45,991 bases of DNA. Source: an uncultured Peptococcaceae bacterium (GTDB lineage Bacteria; Bacillota; Dehalobacteriia; UBA4068). The stretch is taken from assembly GCA_964425485.1 (NCBI GenBank), contig CAYRML010000001.1:1-45991 (forward strand), in the 5' to 3' direction. Position numbers and translations under genes: made by a program. The notes beneath the pieces were generated by a model. It was given only the letters and a program-made list of their open reading frames with translations, searched no databases and was not told where the DNA came from. This document shows positions 37,116 to 45,991 of the stretch, in pieces. Position 1 is the stretch's first letter; every line of letters begins with the position of its first letter.

Positions 37116-37874
37116 TTGGACGACTATTACCGACAGGTGGTAATTGCCGCTAATTGGAAGATGTATAAGGTCAAAGCAGAAGCTGAGGATTTTATGGCCC
37201 GATTTATTCCTTTGATCGAGAATAATAGTGCGCAAATAGTTATCTTTCCTTCTGCCACACTTTTAGGAGAGGTCGCGTCAGCTGCGGTAGATAATGTCAA
37301 AGTGGGTATCCAGAATATTCATTGGGAAAATCAAGGCGCTTTTACCGGGGAAATTTCCGCCGTTCAGGCTATGGATAGCGGCTGCTCTTATTGCTTATGT
37401 GGCCATTCGGAACGCAGGCAATATTTTGATGAAGGGGCGGAAATGATCACCCGCAAAGCGCAGGCGGCCTTGGAATATGGTCTTAAACCCATTGTCTGTA
37501 TCGGCGAGACTTTACAGCAAAGAGAAAATGGCGATACCCTAGAAGTGTTAAGAGATCAGCTTTTTTCATCTTTGGCCGGTATCAATGCCAGCGAAGATAT
37601 ACTCATAGCTTATGAGCCTGTTTGGGCAATTGGCACAGGCATGGTTGCTTCGGCCGATGATGCCGAACAAGCTATTGCCTATATTCGTACCCAGTTGGGC
37701 GAGCTTTGGGGCCCAACTGCCAATTATATCAGCATCCTTTATGGCGGCAGCGTCAAACCCGACAATATAAAAAGCTTGATGGATTGCCCCAATATCGACG
37801 GCGTTTTAGTTGGCGGAGCCAGTTTATTACCAGAAAGTTTTGCCGCTATCGCTAATTATAATATAAGAAAATAG
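37116..37874 (+). CDS. tpiA: Triosephosphate isomerase
   Basis: ...VVIAANWKMYK...CGHSERR...IAYEPVWAIGTG...YGGSV. Start was moved to the TTG at 37116, 8 nt after GGAGGTG. The track ORF from 37068 overlaps the pgk 3' end. Confidence 0.9.
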   Translation: MDDYYRQVVIAANWKMYKVKAEAEDFMARFIPLIENNSAQIVIFPSATLLGEVASAAVDNVKVGIQNIHWENQGAFTGEISAVQAMDSGCSYCLCGHSERRQYFDEGAEMITRKAQAALEYGLKPIVCIGETLQQRENGDTLEVLRDQLFSSLAGINASEDILIAYEPVWAIGTGMVASADDAEQAIAYIRTQLGELWGPTANYISILYGGSVKPDNIKSLMDCPNIDGVLVGGASLLPESFAAIANYNIRK

Positions 37875-37880
37875 AAATAT

Positions 37881-37910
37881 TTATGGCCGGGTTAAGGGAT
37901 CCGGCCATAA
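37881..37910 (+). other. Intergenic GC-rich stem-loop between tpiA and gpmI
   Basis: Perfect 10-bp stem TTATGGCCGG / CCGGCCATAA with a 10-nt loop. No U-tract follows. Confidence 0.5.
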
Positions 37911-37930
37911 CTGGCATACGGAGGAAAAAC

Positions 37931-39481
37931 ATGTCATTTTGTGCTAGGCCGCTGGTTTTAGTTATATTGGACGGTTGGGGGTTGAAGAATGGCTCACCGG
38001 GCGATGCTTTATCTGCGGCCGATATTAAAAATTTTGATCGCATGTGGGAAAAATATCCGCATACAACTCTTGTGGCTTCAGGTAGCAGTGTAGGATTACC
38101 GGAGGGTCAGATGGGTAATAGCGAGGTCGGTCATATGAATATTGGCGCCGGCCGCATCATGTATCAGGATCTTTCCCGTATCAGTAAATCTATCGAAGAT
38201 GGGGATTTTTTTAACAATCCGGCCTTCGACGCCGCTATCCAGTCGGCAAAAGAAAATAATGCCGCTTTGCATTTACTGGGTCTTTGTTCTGATGGCGGCA
38301 TTCACAGCCATCTGGAACATTTGCAGGCTTTATTGAGTTTGGCTGTGGAAAAAGGGTTGGATAAAGTTTTCATTCATTGTTTTATGGATGGCCGAGATAC
38401 TTCGCCTACTGCTGGTATTGATTATATCAGGCAGCTGGAAGCTTATTGCCAAACAGCAGGGGTAGGCCGAATCGCTACGGTTTGTGGGCGCTATTATGCC
38501 ATGGATCGTGATAAACGCTGGGAAAGAGTAGAGAGATCCTATCGGGCTATGGTTTATGGAGAGGGCAAGCCTTGTTCTGCCGCTGTTGAGGCGGTGGCGG
38601 CTTCCTATGCCGCCGGCGTTACTGATGAATTTATCGAGCCGGTGGTGATTGTCGATGCTGATGGTACTTTCCCCGGCGCCATCAAAAGCGGTGACAGCGT
38701 GATCTTTTACAATTTTCGCTCTGACCGAGCCAGAGAAATAAGCCATGCTTTCATTGATTTTGATTTTACAGCTTTTGAGAGGGGAGAAAATCCCCCGCAG
38801 GTGCATTATGTTTGCATGACCAAATATGAGGAGGGATTGCCGGCTGCGATTGCCTATCCGCCTCATATACCGCAAAAAACCTTGGGGCAAGTGATTTCTA
38901 ACAAAGGCCTGCGCCAATTGCGCATTGCGGAAACGGAAAAGTATGCTCATGTCACATTTTTCTTCAATGGTGGGGTGGAAGATGCATGGTCGGGAGAAGA
39001 CAGGGTTTTGATCCCTTCCCCAAAAGTTGCTACTTATGACCTGCAGCCGGAAATGAGCTGCCGGGAAGTGACGGAGGCTGTGATCGAGCGTATACAGCAA
39101 AGAGTATATGATCTGATTGTACTTAATTTTGCCAATCCGGATATGGTTGGGCATACCGGCTCTTTCAGGGCCACTTTGCAGGCTTTGTCTGCTGTTGATG
39201 AATGTCTGGGCCTGGTGGAAAAAATCGTCAAGTCGGTGGGAGGTACTTTAATCATAACGGCCGATCATGGCAATTGCGAGTGCATGCTGACACCTGATGG
39301 CGGCATCATGACTGCCCATACCACAAGCGAGGTTCCTTTTATCCTAGTGGATGATCAATTGCTGCATCTTACTTTGAGCCAAGGGGAACTGGACGATATA
39401 GCACCAACCATTTTGCAGCTTATGTGTATCAAACAGCCCGCTGAAATGACGGGAAAATCTCTTATTATCAGCGGTCTGTAA
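37931..39481 (+). CDS. gpmI: 2,3-bisphosphoglycerate-independent phosphoglycerate mutase
   Basis: MSFCARPLVLVILDGWG...GNSEVGHMNIGAGR...ITADHGN. ATG at 37931 is 6 nt after GGAGG. Confidence 0.95.
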   Translation: MSFCARPLVLVILDGWGLKNGSPGDALSAADIKNFDRMWEKYPHTTLVASGSSVGLPEGQMGNSEVGHMNIGAGRIMYQDLSRISKSIEDGDFFNNPAFDAAIQSAKENNAALHLLGLCSDGGIHSHLEHLQALLSLAVEKGLDKVFIHCFMDGRDTSPTAGIDYIRQLEAYCQTAGVGRIATVCGRYYAMDRDKRWERVERSYRAMVYGEGKPCSAAVEAVAASYAAGVTDEFIEPVVIVDADGTFPGAIKSGDSVIFYNFRSDRAREISHAFIDFDFTAFERGENPPQVHYVCMTKYEEGLPAAIAYPPHIPQKTLGQVISNKGLRQLRIAETEKYAHVTFFFNGGVEDAWSGEDRVLIPSPKVATYDLQPEMSCREVTEAVIERIQQRVYDLIVLNFANPDMVGHTGSFRATLQALSAVDECLGLVEKIVKSVGGTLIITADHGNCECMLTPDGGIMTAHTTSEVPFILVDDQLLHLTLSQGELDDIAPTILQLMCIKQPAEMTGKSLIISGL

Positions 39482-40801
<1,320 letters not shown>

Positions 40802-40848
40802 TTTTCGGATATAAAATAGGGAAATATTTAAAAGGAGATGATGATTTT

Positions 40849-41712
40849 ATGCTTAAGCTGAAAAAAATGAGTTTCATGCTTCCTCTTATTGTGATCGTGA
40901 TTTTGGCCTTGGCTTTGACCGGCTGCGGTGGCGTCGGTACAACCTCTAATGCCGATAATCCCTTGATTGCTAGTGCGGAAGCAATGGCCAATGTAGACAG
41001 CTATGCTGCAGATATGGTCATGGATATGACAATGGCTTCCCAAGGCTTCACTATGGATATGGATATGACATCCGATATAAAATGTATTGTAAAGCCCAGC
41101 TTATTGATGTCTATGGATTATACTATGACCATGCCGCTGTTTGGCGATGAGCCCATGCAAAGCTCTATCTATATCGAACAAACCGATACCGGTTTAATTC
41201 TTTACAACAATGAGAATGGCGCCTGGACAAAATCAGAACTTCCCATAGAGAATATGGAGCAATATATGAACCAAAACCCAGCTGATATGATTGCGCTTTA
41301 TCAAGACAATTTAGTCAGCTCCGAGTCTTTGGGCGAAGAAGCGGTCAATGGTCAAGACTGCTATAAAATCAATGTCACAATTTCTTCCGAAGCTTTTATG
41401 GCTTTGATGAATCAAATGGGCAATACGGATATGTTGGGTATGACAGAAGAAGAATTAGCCGCCAACCAAGAACTTTTAGCGGCCGGTGGTGATTTAACCA
41501 CCACTTTGTGGATCAGCAAGAGTGACAATATGCTTCTTAAACAGAGTATGGATCTGAGTCAATTTATGACCAACATCATCAATGCCTCTGCCGGCGAAGG
41601 CCAAAGCGTCGATGAAATGACCATGACCTTAAGCATTGAATATCATGATTATAATGCTATAGATGAAATTGTTATCCCTGCTGAAGCTAAAAATGCCAGT
41701 GCCGCTTCTTAA
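40849..41712 (+). CDS. Putative lipoprotein (Met/Asp-rich, unknown function)
   Basis: 287 aa. The signal peptide has a lipobox, ...ILALALTGC|GG. The mature part is rich in M, D and T (DMVMDMTMASQGFTMDMDMTSD). No firm family assignment. Confidence 0.75.
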   Translation: MLKLKKMSFMLPLIVIVILALALTGCGGVGTTSNADNPLIASAEAMANVDSYAADMVMDMTMASQGFTMDMDMTSDIKCIVKPSLLMSMDYTMTMPLFGDEPMQSSIYIEQTDTGLILYNNENGAWTKSELPIENMEQYMNQNPADMIALYQDNLVSSESLGEEAVNGQDCYKINVTISSEAFMALMNQMGNTDMLGMTEEELAANQELLAAGGDLTTTLWISKSDNMLLKQSMDLSQFMTNIINASAGEGQSVDEMTMTLSIEYHDYNAIDEIVIPAEAKNASAAS

Positions 41713-41725
41713 TTTCTTAATACTT

Positions 41726-41764
41726 AAAAAAAAGGCTCCGCTTTGAGTGCGGGGCCTTTTTTTA
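41726..41764 (+). terminator. Rho-independent terminator after the lipoprotein gene
   Basis: AAAAAAAAGGCTCCGC / GCGGGGCCTTTTTTT stem with one G-U pair, followed by T7. Confidence 0.8.
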
Positions 41765-41786
41765 TCAAATAATCGGGATATGGGTA

Positions 41787-41815
41787 TTGTATTATTTGTC
41801 CACTTATGATAAAAT
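41787..41815 (+). promoter_or_regulatory. Candidate promoter for secG
   Basis: -35 TTGTAT (41787-41792), 17-nt spacer, extended -10 TGATAAAAT (41807-41815). Confidence 0.5.
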
Positions 41816-41882
41816 ACTTTAGTATCCATTATATGGGGTATAAGATAATGATTTATAAGGTGTCTGAATAGGGGGCATAACA

Positions 41883-42110
41883 GTGCATATCTTATTTATT
41901 GTTTTGCAAGTAATTATTTGTGTAGGCCTGATTGCGGTCATTTTGATGCAATCTGGCAAAAGCGCCGGTCTGTCCGGTGCAATCGCCGGTGCTTCCGAAA
42001 CTTTTTTCGGAAAAAAGAAGGGTATGGACGCGTTTTTAGCTAAAATCACGGTTGTTTTAGCAATCGCTTTCTTTGTTATCAGTTTAGTTATTACCGTGGT
42101 AAAATTTTAA
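41883..42110 (+). CDS. secG: Preprotein translocase subunit SecG
   Basis: 75 aa, GTG start. ...VILMQSGKSAGLSGAIAGASETFFGKKKG... with two transmembrane segments, typical of SecG. Confidence 0.9.
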   Translation: MHILFIVLQVIICVGLIAVILMQSGKSAGLSGAIAGASETFFGKKKGMDAFLAKITVVLAIAFFVISLVITVVKF

Positions 42111-42174
42111 GCAGATCGCTTGGATTATTGATGGTTTTAGCTATTAATACTCCTTTGGAAACAAGATATAGCCA

Positions 42175-42205
42175 AGAGCCGGGCGTCTATTCGTCCGGCT
42201 CTTTT
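42175..42205 (+). terminator. Rho-independent terminator after secG
   Basis: AGAGCCGG / CCGGCTCT stem plus inner pairs, followed by TTTT. Confidence 0.6.
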
Positions 42206-42227
42206 AAATCAAAAGAGGTCAGATCAT

Positions 42228-43406
42228 ATGTCGGAAATTTATTTTGATAATAGTGCCACCACAAAAGTGTCCATAGAGGCGGCGGAAGCGGCGCTTAAAG
42301 CTATGCGGGAAAATTATGGCAATGCTTCTTCACTGCATGGTAAAGGCTTGACAGCTGCCCGCTGTTTGGCCCAAGCCAGGCGGTCGATGGCTTCCTTATT
42401 GGGGGCGGCGGAAAAGGAGATAATCTTTAATTCCTCAGCCAGCGAAGGCAATAATACAGTTTTGTTCGGCGTTGCTGCTGCTCATGGCAAAAAGGGCGGG
42501 AGTATCTTGGTTTCTGCGGTGGAGCATCCTTCAGTTTTGGAGCCGGCCAAATTACTGGCGCAAAAAGGTTTTACTGTGCAAACAGTTGCGGTTGATAATT
42601 GGGGAAGAATTGATTTGTCTGATCTTGCCAACAAACTGACTGCCGATACGATATTGGTCAGTTGCCAGCATATCAATAATGAAACAGGTGTCAGGCAACC
42701 TGTGGAGAAGATAGGCGCATTGGTCAAAAGCAATTCGCAAGCCTTTTTTCACATAGATGGCGTGCAGGGCTTTGCCAAGCTGCCTGTGGATTTGGCTGTT
42801 TGCAAGGCTGATTTTTATACTGCCAGCGGGCACAAAATACATGCACCTAAAGGTGTAGGTTTGTTGTGGATAAAAAATGGTGTGAGGATCAATCCCTTGA
42901 TTTATGGTGGCGGTCAGGAAAAAAATCAGCGTTCTGGAACGGAAAATATTCCTGGTATAGAGGCCTTTGCTGTTGCCGCTCAGGCGGCCGCGGCCAACAG
43001 GGCAAGCAACCTAGTAGCTGTCAAACAAGTAAGGGATACTCTGTGGTTTAAGCTGTGTGAATTATTGCCGGATGTGATCTGTAACAGTGATTTGGCCGGG
43101 GAATCTTCCCCTTATGTGCTGAATGTCAGTTTCCCCGGCGCCAAGAGTGAGGTACTTTTGCATTATTTGGAAGAGCGGAAAATCTATGTTTCTTCCGGCT
43201 CTGCTTGCCACAGCAGCAAAAACAAGGCTTCGCATGTGCTTTTGGCCATGGGAATTCCTCAAGAGCTTGCCGATTGCAGTATCAGATACAGCTTTTGTCC
43301 GCAAAATACTGTGGCAGAGGCCCAGACCGTGGCCGAGGCTACGGCGGAGATAGTTAAAGAAATCAGGCGCTATAGCGTTGGTGAGAAGCAAAAGAATAGG
43401 AGATAA
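42228..43406 (+). CDS. Cysteine desulfurase (NifS/IscS class V aminotransferase; ThiI-partner NifZ-like by context)
   Basis: 392 aa, ...GNASSLHGKG...SGHKIHAPKGVG (PLP Lys)...SSGSACHS (active-site Cys). It lies immediately upstream of thiI, as nifZ-thiI does in Bacillus. Confidence 0.9.
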   Translation: MSEIYFDNSATTKVSIEAAEAALKAMRENYGNASSLHGKGLTAARCLAQARRSMASLLGAAEKEIIFNSSASEGNNTVLFGVAAAHGKKGGSILVSAVEHPSVLEPAKLLAQKGFTVQTVAVDNWGRIDLSDLANKLTADTILVSCQHINNETGVRQPVEKIGALVKSNSQAFFHIDGVQGFAKLPVDLAVCKADFYTASGHKIHAPKGVGLLWIKNGVRINPLIYGGGQEKNQRSGTENIPGIEAFAVAAQAAAANRASNLVAVKQVRDTLWFKLCELLPDVICNSDLAGESSPYVLNVSFPGAKSEVLLHYLEERKIYVSSGSACHSSKNKASHVLLAMGIPQELADCSIRYSFCPQNTVAEAQTVAEATAEIVKEIRRYSVGEKQKNRR

Positions 43407-43407
43407 T

Positions 43408-44574
43408 ATGGGTAATTTATTGCTGGTTCGTTATGGAGAGCTGGGGCTTAAAGGGAAAAATAAAATAAAATTCATCAATCGTCTGGCTAACAACATCAAA
43501 AAGGCTTTGTCGGATTTACCGGAGAGGGAAGTGCGTGCAACCTGGGGGCGTATCTGGGTTCAGACCATGGATGACGAATATTTGGTCATACCGCGTTTGC
43601 AGCAGGTTTTTGGCATTTATTCTATTTCTCCAGTGCTGCAAACTGGCAAATCATTGGATCAGATCACGGAAGCCGCATTCAGCGTGCTTAAAGCAGCCTT
43701 ACCTGCCGGAGGCTCTTTCAAAATAGAAACCAAGCGGGCGGATAAGACTTATCCGCTGCAATCTATTCAGATCTCGCAGCAAGTGGCCAACAATCTTTTT
43801 GACAGATTAGATGATAGCTATCATGCCGATATGCATCATCCCGAGCGGGTCATAGATATAGAGCTGCGGGAGGAAGGCGCTTATGTCTTCGGCCAGGTGA
43901 TTGCAGGCGCCAAAGGTTTGCCGGTCGGCAGCAGCGGCAAGGCTCTATTACTTTTATCCGGCGGTATAGATAGCCCGGTAGCGGGCTGGATGTCCATGAA
44001 GAGGGGTGTGACTCTGGAAGCAATCCATTTTCACAGTTTCCCATTTACGGGGCAGCAAAGCAAGGAAAAAGTACTTGATCTGTGCAAGATATTGGCCAAA
44101 TGGCAAGGCGCGCCCATCAAGCTGCATATAGTGCATTTTACGGAGATACAAAAGGCTATACGAGAGCATACGCGTGAGGATTATACTATCACGCTGATGC
44201 GGCGCATGATGTTCCGCTTGGCCGAGCGCCTAGCGCAAAAAAGAGGCGCCTTGGCTTTGGTGACAGGGGAAAGCATCGGCCAGGTTGCCAGCCAGACTTT
44301 GGAAAGCATGCGCACCATCAATGATGTGATCGACCTGCCGGTTCTGCGGCCTTTGGTGGCTATGGATAAAGAAGATATTGTCAAAATATCGCAGCGGATA
44401 GAGGCTTTTGATATATCCATCAGACCATATGAAGATTGCTGCACTATATTTTTACCTGCCTATCCCAAGATAAGACCAAGCATTGCGGAAGCCGAAGAGC
44501 TGGAAGATAAGTTGGATATAGAAGAATTATTGACGGAAGCCTTGGCTAAGACAGAAACTATAATAATCGAATAG
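43408..44574 (+). CDS. thiI: tRNA 4-thiouridine(8) synthase ThiI (no rhodanese domain)
   Basis: MGNLLLVRYGELGLKGKN... (ferredoxin-like/THUMP N-terminus) and PP-loop LLLLSGGIDSPVAGW. ATG at 43408 follows AGGAGA, 1 nt after the desulfurase stop. Confidence 0.92.
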   Translation: MGNLLLVRYGELGLKGKNKIKFINRLANNIKKALSDLPEREVRATWGRIWVQTMDDEYLVIPRLQQVFGIYSISPVLQTGKSLDQITEAAFSVLKAALPAGGSFKIETKRADKTYPLQSIQISQQVANNLFDRLDDSYHADMHHPERVIDIELREEGAYVFGQVIAGAKGLPVGSSGKALLLLSGGIDSPVAGWMSMKRGVTLEAIHFHSFPFTGQQSKEKVLDLCKILAKWQGAPIKLHIVHFTEIQKAIREHTREDYTITLMRRMMFRLAERLAQKRGALALVTGESIGQVASQTLESMRTINDVIDLPVLRPLVAMDKEDIVKISQRIEAFDISIRPYEDCCTIFLPAYPKIRPSIAEAEELEDKLDIEELLTEALAKTETIIIE

Positions 44575-44595
44575 CAAAAAAGTCATTTTTTTGCT
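44573..44595 (+). terminator. Weak AT-rich terminator-like hairpin after thiI
   Basis: AGCAAAAAA gtcat TTTTTTGCT, a 9-bp stem that is mostly A-U. Confidence 0.35.
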
Positions 44596-44596
44596 C

Positions 44597-44624
44597 TTGA
44601 TTTGTAGCATATATATGCTATAAT
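44597..44624 (+). promoter_or_regulatory. Candidate promoter for smpB
   Basis: -35 TTGATT (44597-44602), 16-nt spacer, extended -10 TGCTATAAT (44616-44624). Confidence 0.55.
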
Positions 44625-44665
44625 TAATATTCCTAAAGCTGTGGATGATAGATATAGGTGTAATG

Positions 44666-45133
44666 ATGGCGACAGAAAAAATCAAAATTATAACAGAAAA
44701 CCGCAAGGCCAGGCATGAATATCACTTTATAGAAACTTTTGAGGCCGGTCTTGAGCTTTTTGGCACGGAGGTCAAATCTTTACGCAATGGCAAAGCCAGC
44801 ATCCAGGAGGCCTATGCCAAAGTGGATGATGGCCAAGTCTTTCTCTATAATATGCATATAGGCCCTTATGAGATGGGTAATCGCTTCAATCATGAGCCGA
44901 AGCGCCCGCGCCGACTTTTGTTGCACAAAGCAGAGATAAGGCGTATTTATGCCCGTGTGAGGGAGAAGGGACTGACGTTGATTCCGGTGAAGCTGTATTT
45001 TAGCCACGGCATCGCCAAGCTGGAATTGGCTTTGGCCCAAGGCAAAAAACTCTATGATAAGAGGGAAGACCTTGCCGCCAAAGAGGCCAAAAGAGATATA
45101 GAACGCGGCTTTAAGGAAAAACAACGTTATTAG
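44666..45133 (+). CDS. smpB: SsrA-binding protein SmpB
   Basis: MATEKIKIITENRKARHEYHFIETFEAGLELFGTEVKSLR...GPYE...RPRRLLLHK...KLYDKRED. The ATG at 44666 is 5 nt after AGGTG. 44663 is also possible. Confidence 0.93.
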   Translation: MATEKIKIITENRKARHEYHFIETFEAGLELFGTEVKSLRNGKASIQEAYAKVDDGQVFLYNMHIGPYEMGNRFNHEPKRPRRLLLHKAEIRRIYARVREKGLTLIPVKLYFSHGIAKLELALAQGKKLYDKREDLAAKEAKRDIERGFKEKQRY

Positions 45134-45216
45134 GTAAATATTTTTATCATCGGTTTTATGATGGATGTGCATGGGGGTAAGCTATCCATCTCATCCATAA
45201 ATCATAAACAAATCAT

Positions 45217-45569
45217 GGGGGTGTATTGGTTTCGACGGGGGAAGAATTGGCAAGAGGAGCGAGCCGGGATTCCATTTACCCGTTAAACGGTGGGAACTTC
45301 TTTTTGAAGTGCCAAAACTCCAAAATTAGCTTTAGCAGCTTAATCTGCTAACCCTTTGTCGGCTTTGGTCGTGGGGCAGGTAAAAGGGTCGACAACACGA
45401 TCTACCTCAGCTGATATTCCCCGCTTGGCTGAGGGAAATTAAAGGGGATAGCAAATCTGAAGGGTGTTTATGCCCGTCAGAGGAGCGAAACTTAATCCAT
45501 AAACTACGCTCGTAGAGCCTGTTGTGGGTTTTCCTTCGGACCGGGGTTCGACTCCCCGCACCTCCACCA
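45217..45569 (+). ncRNA. ssrA: Transfer-messenger RNA (tmRNA)
   Basis: 5' GGGGGUGUAUUGGUUUCGACGGGG. 3' GGACCGGGGUUCGACUCCCCGCACCUCCACCA (T-arm plus an acceptor stem with a G3:U pair plus CCA). The internal tag ORF GCC AAA ACT CCA AAA TTA GCT TTA GCA GCT TAA encodes AKTPKLALAA-stop (45311-45343). Confidence 0.95.
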
Positions 45570-45572
45570 TAT

Positions 45573-45617
45573 AAGAACGCTAATTTTGATACAGTGAATA
45601 TCAAAATTAGCGTTCTT
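45573..45617 (+). other. 19-bp perfect hairpin immediately 3' of tmRNA
   Basis: AAGAACGCTAATTTTGATA cagtgaa TATCAAAATTAGCGTTCTT. It begins 4 nt after the CCA end. No clear U-tract follows (GTCTTATGCCC). Confidence 0.6.
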
Positions 45618-45763
45618 GTCTTATGCCCGAAAATGGCTTGAAATAAGGCTTTTTCGCACTTTTTCATAAAAGCAGCAGTATTGCATGGGTTCGCTGAAAC
45701 AAGAAACGCACACTTTCTCCGAGGAATTTTGCCTTGCACCATACCCTCGCTTAACGATTTATA

Positions 45764-45836
45764 GAGGGGTGTGCAAAATATCGGAGGGGTGTGCATTTTT
45801 TTGGAGGGGTGTGCATCTCGCAAATTAGTGGGTGCA
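45764..45836. repeat. Three phased direct repeats GAGGGGTGTGCA (20-bp period) plus a degenerate fourth copy
   Basis: Identical 12-mers lie at 45764-45775, 45784-45795 and 45804-45815. A related AGTGGGTGCA lies at 45827-45836. The array sits between the tmRNA and the 3' end of a minus-strand ORF. Confidence 0.8.
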
Positions 45837-45861
45837 ATAGGGTAAAAAAAGAGGTCGAGCC

Positions 45862-45991
45862 TTATAACTCAACCTCAATTTCAGTGCCGTTTTTAAACTG
45901 AAAGACCATTATACCATCGTGAAAAACCGTAGCTTTTTCAAGCAAGCCCACCCACAGCCTTTCGCTCCATACTTTGAGGACGAGGGGCTGC
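45862..45991 (-). CDS. C-terminal fragment of a minus-strand ORF (possible large serine recombinase tail; continues beyond window)
   Basis: The minus-strand frame is open to the window edge: ...QPLVLKVWSERLWVGLLEKATVFHDGIMVFQFKNGTEIEVEL-stop (stop codon 45864-45862). The pattern W..L.EK.TVF.DG...F.FKNGTEIEV resembles C-terminal tails I recall from Firmicute large serine recombinases. Only 43 codons are visible. Confidence 0.4.
   Translation of the reverse strand, partial: QPLVLKVWSERLWVGLLEKATVFHDGIMVFQFKNGTEIEVEL

Noticed and set aside
38330-39154. 274-aa minus-strand ORF, the longest unexplained ORF in the track
   Set aside because: It lies entirely antisense to the highly conserved gpmI coding sequence. 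It has no SD, its composition is low-complexity and Arg/Ser/Ile-rich as is typical of shadow frames, and it has no recognisable motifs.
45407-45823. 138-aa minus-strand ORF downstream of and overlapping ssrA
   Set aside because: Its C-terminal half is antisense to the tmRNA 3' domain, and its N-terminal part runs through the direct-repeat array. It has no SD and no recognisable motifs, so it is probably spurious.
45764-45836. CRISPR array interpretation of the GAGGGGTGTGCA repeats
   Set aside because: The repeats are only 12 nt long, with 8-nt 'spacers' and three or four copies. This is far below CRISPR repeat and spacer dimensions, and no cas genes are in view.

Overview
This window looks like a core chromosomal segment of a low-GC, spore-forming Firmicute. 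It is possibly a diderm Negativicute, given an SLH-domain protein, a type-A RNase P RNA and cwlD. Almost every gene is on the + strand, and nearly all are housekeeping genes. In order: rpsM(partial)-rpsK-rpsD-rpoA-rplQ, ecfA1-ecfA2-ecfT, truA, rplM-rpsI, moaC plus a MOSC-MoaB fusion, cwlD, ogt, an argCJBDFG operon with an ARG-box operator, a family-4 uracil-DNA glycosylase, coaD, a transglutaminase-SLH protein, trmK, rnpB, trmB, thrC, a minus-strand double zinc-ribbon gene divergent from a csp gene, uvrB-uvrA-uvrC, a HAD phosphatase, rapZ, whiA, gap-pgk-tpiA-gpmI-eno, a lipoprotein, secG, a cysteine desulfurase, thiI, smpB and tmRNA. I found no convincing multi-gene novel system such as a defence island, CRISPR array or biosynthetic cluster. 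The leads worth a second look are: (1) a one-base frameshift splitting argB, which the ORF track hides; (2) two unlisted small ORFs with good Shine-Dalgarno (SD) sites, a 44-aa Cys-rich one and a 41-aa charged one; (3) an SD-sequestering hairpin in the 5' UTR of the zinc-ribbon gene; (4) just downstream of tmRNA, a 19-bp hairpin, three 20-bp-phased direct repeats and the C-terminal tail of a minus-strand recombinase-like ORF, which suggest the edge of an integrated mobile element continuing beyond the window; (5) the absence of yvcK between rapZ and whiA. Start codons were refined by hand from SD spacing. All homology statements come from recalled family signatures, not searches.
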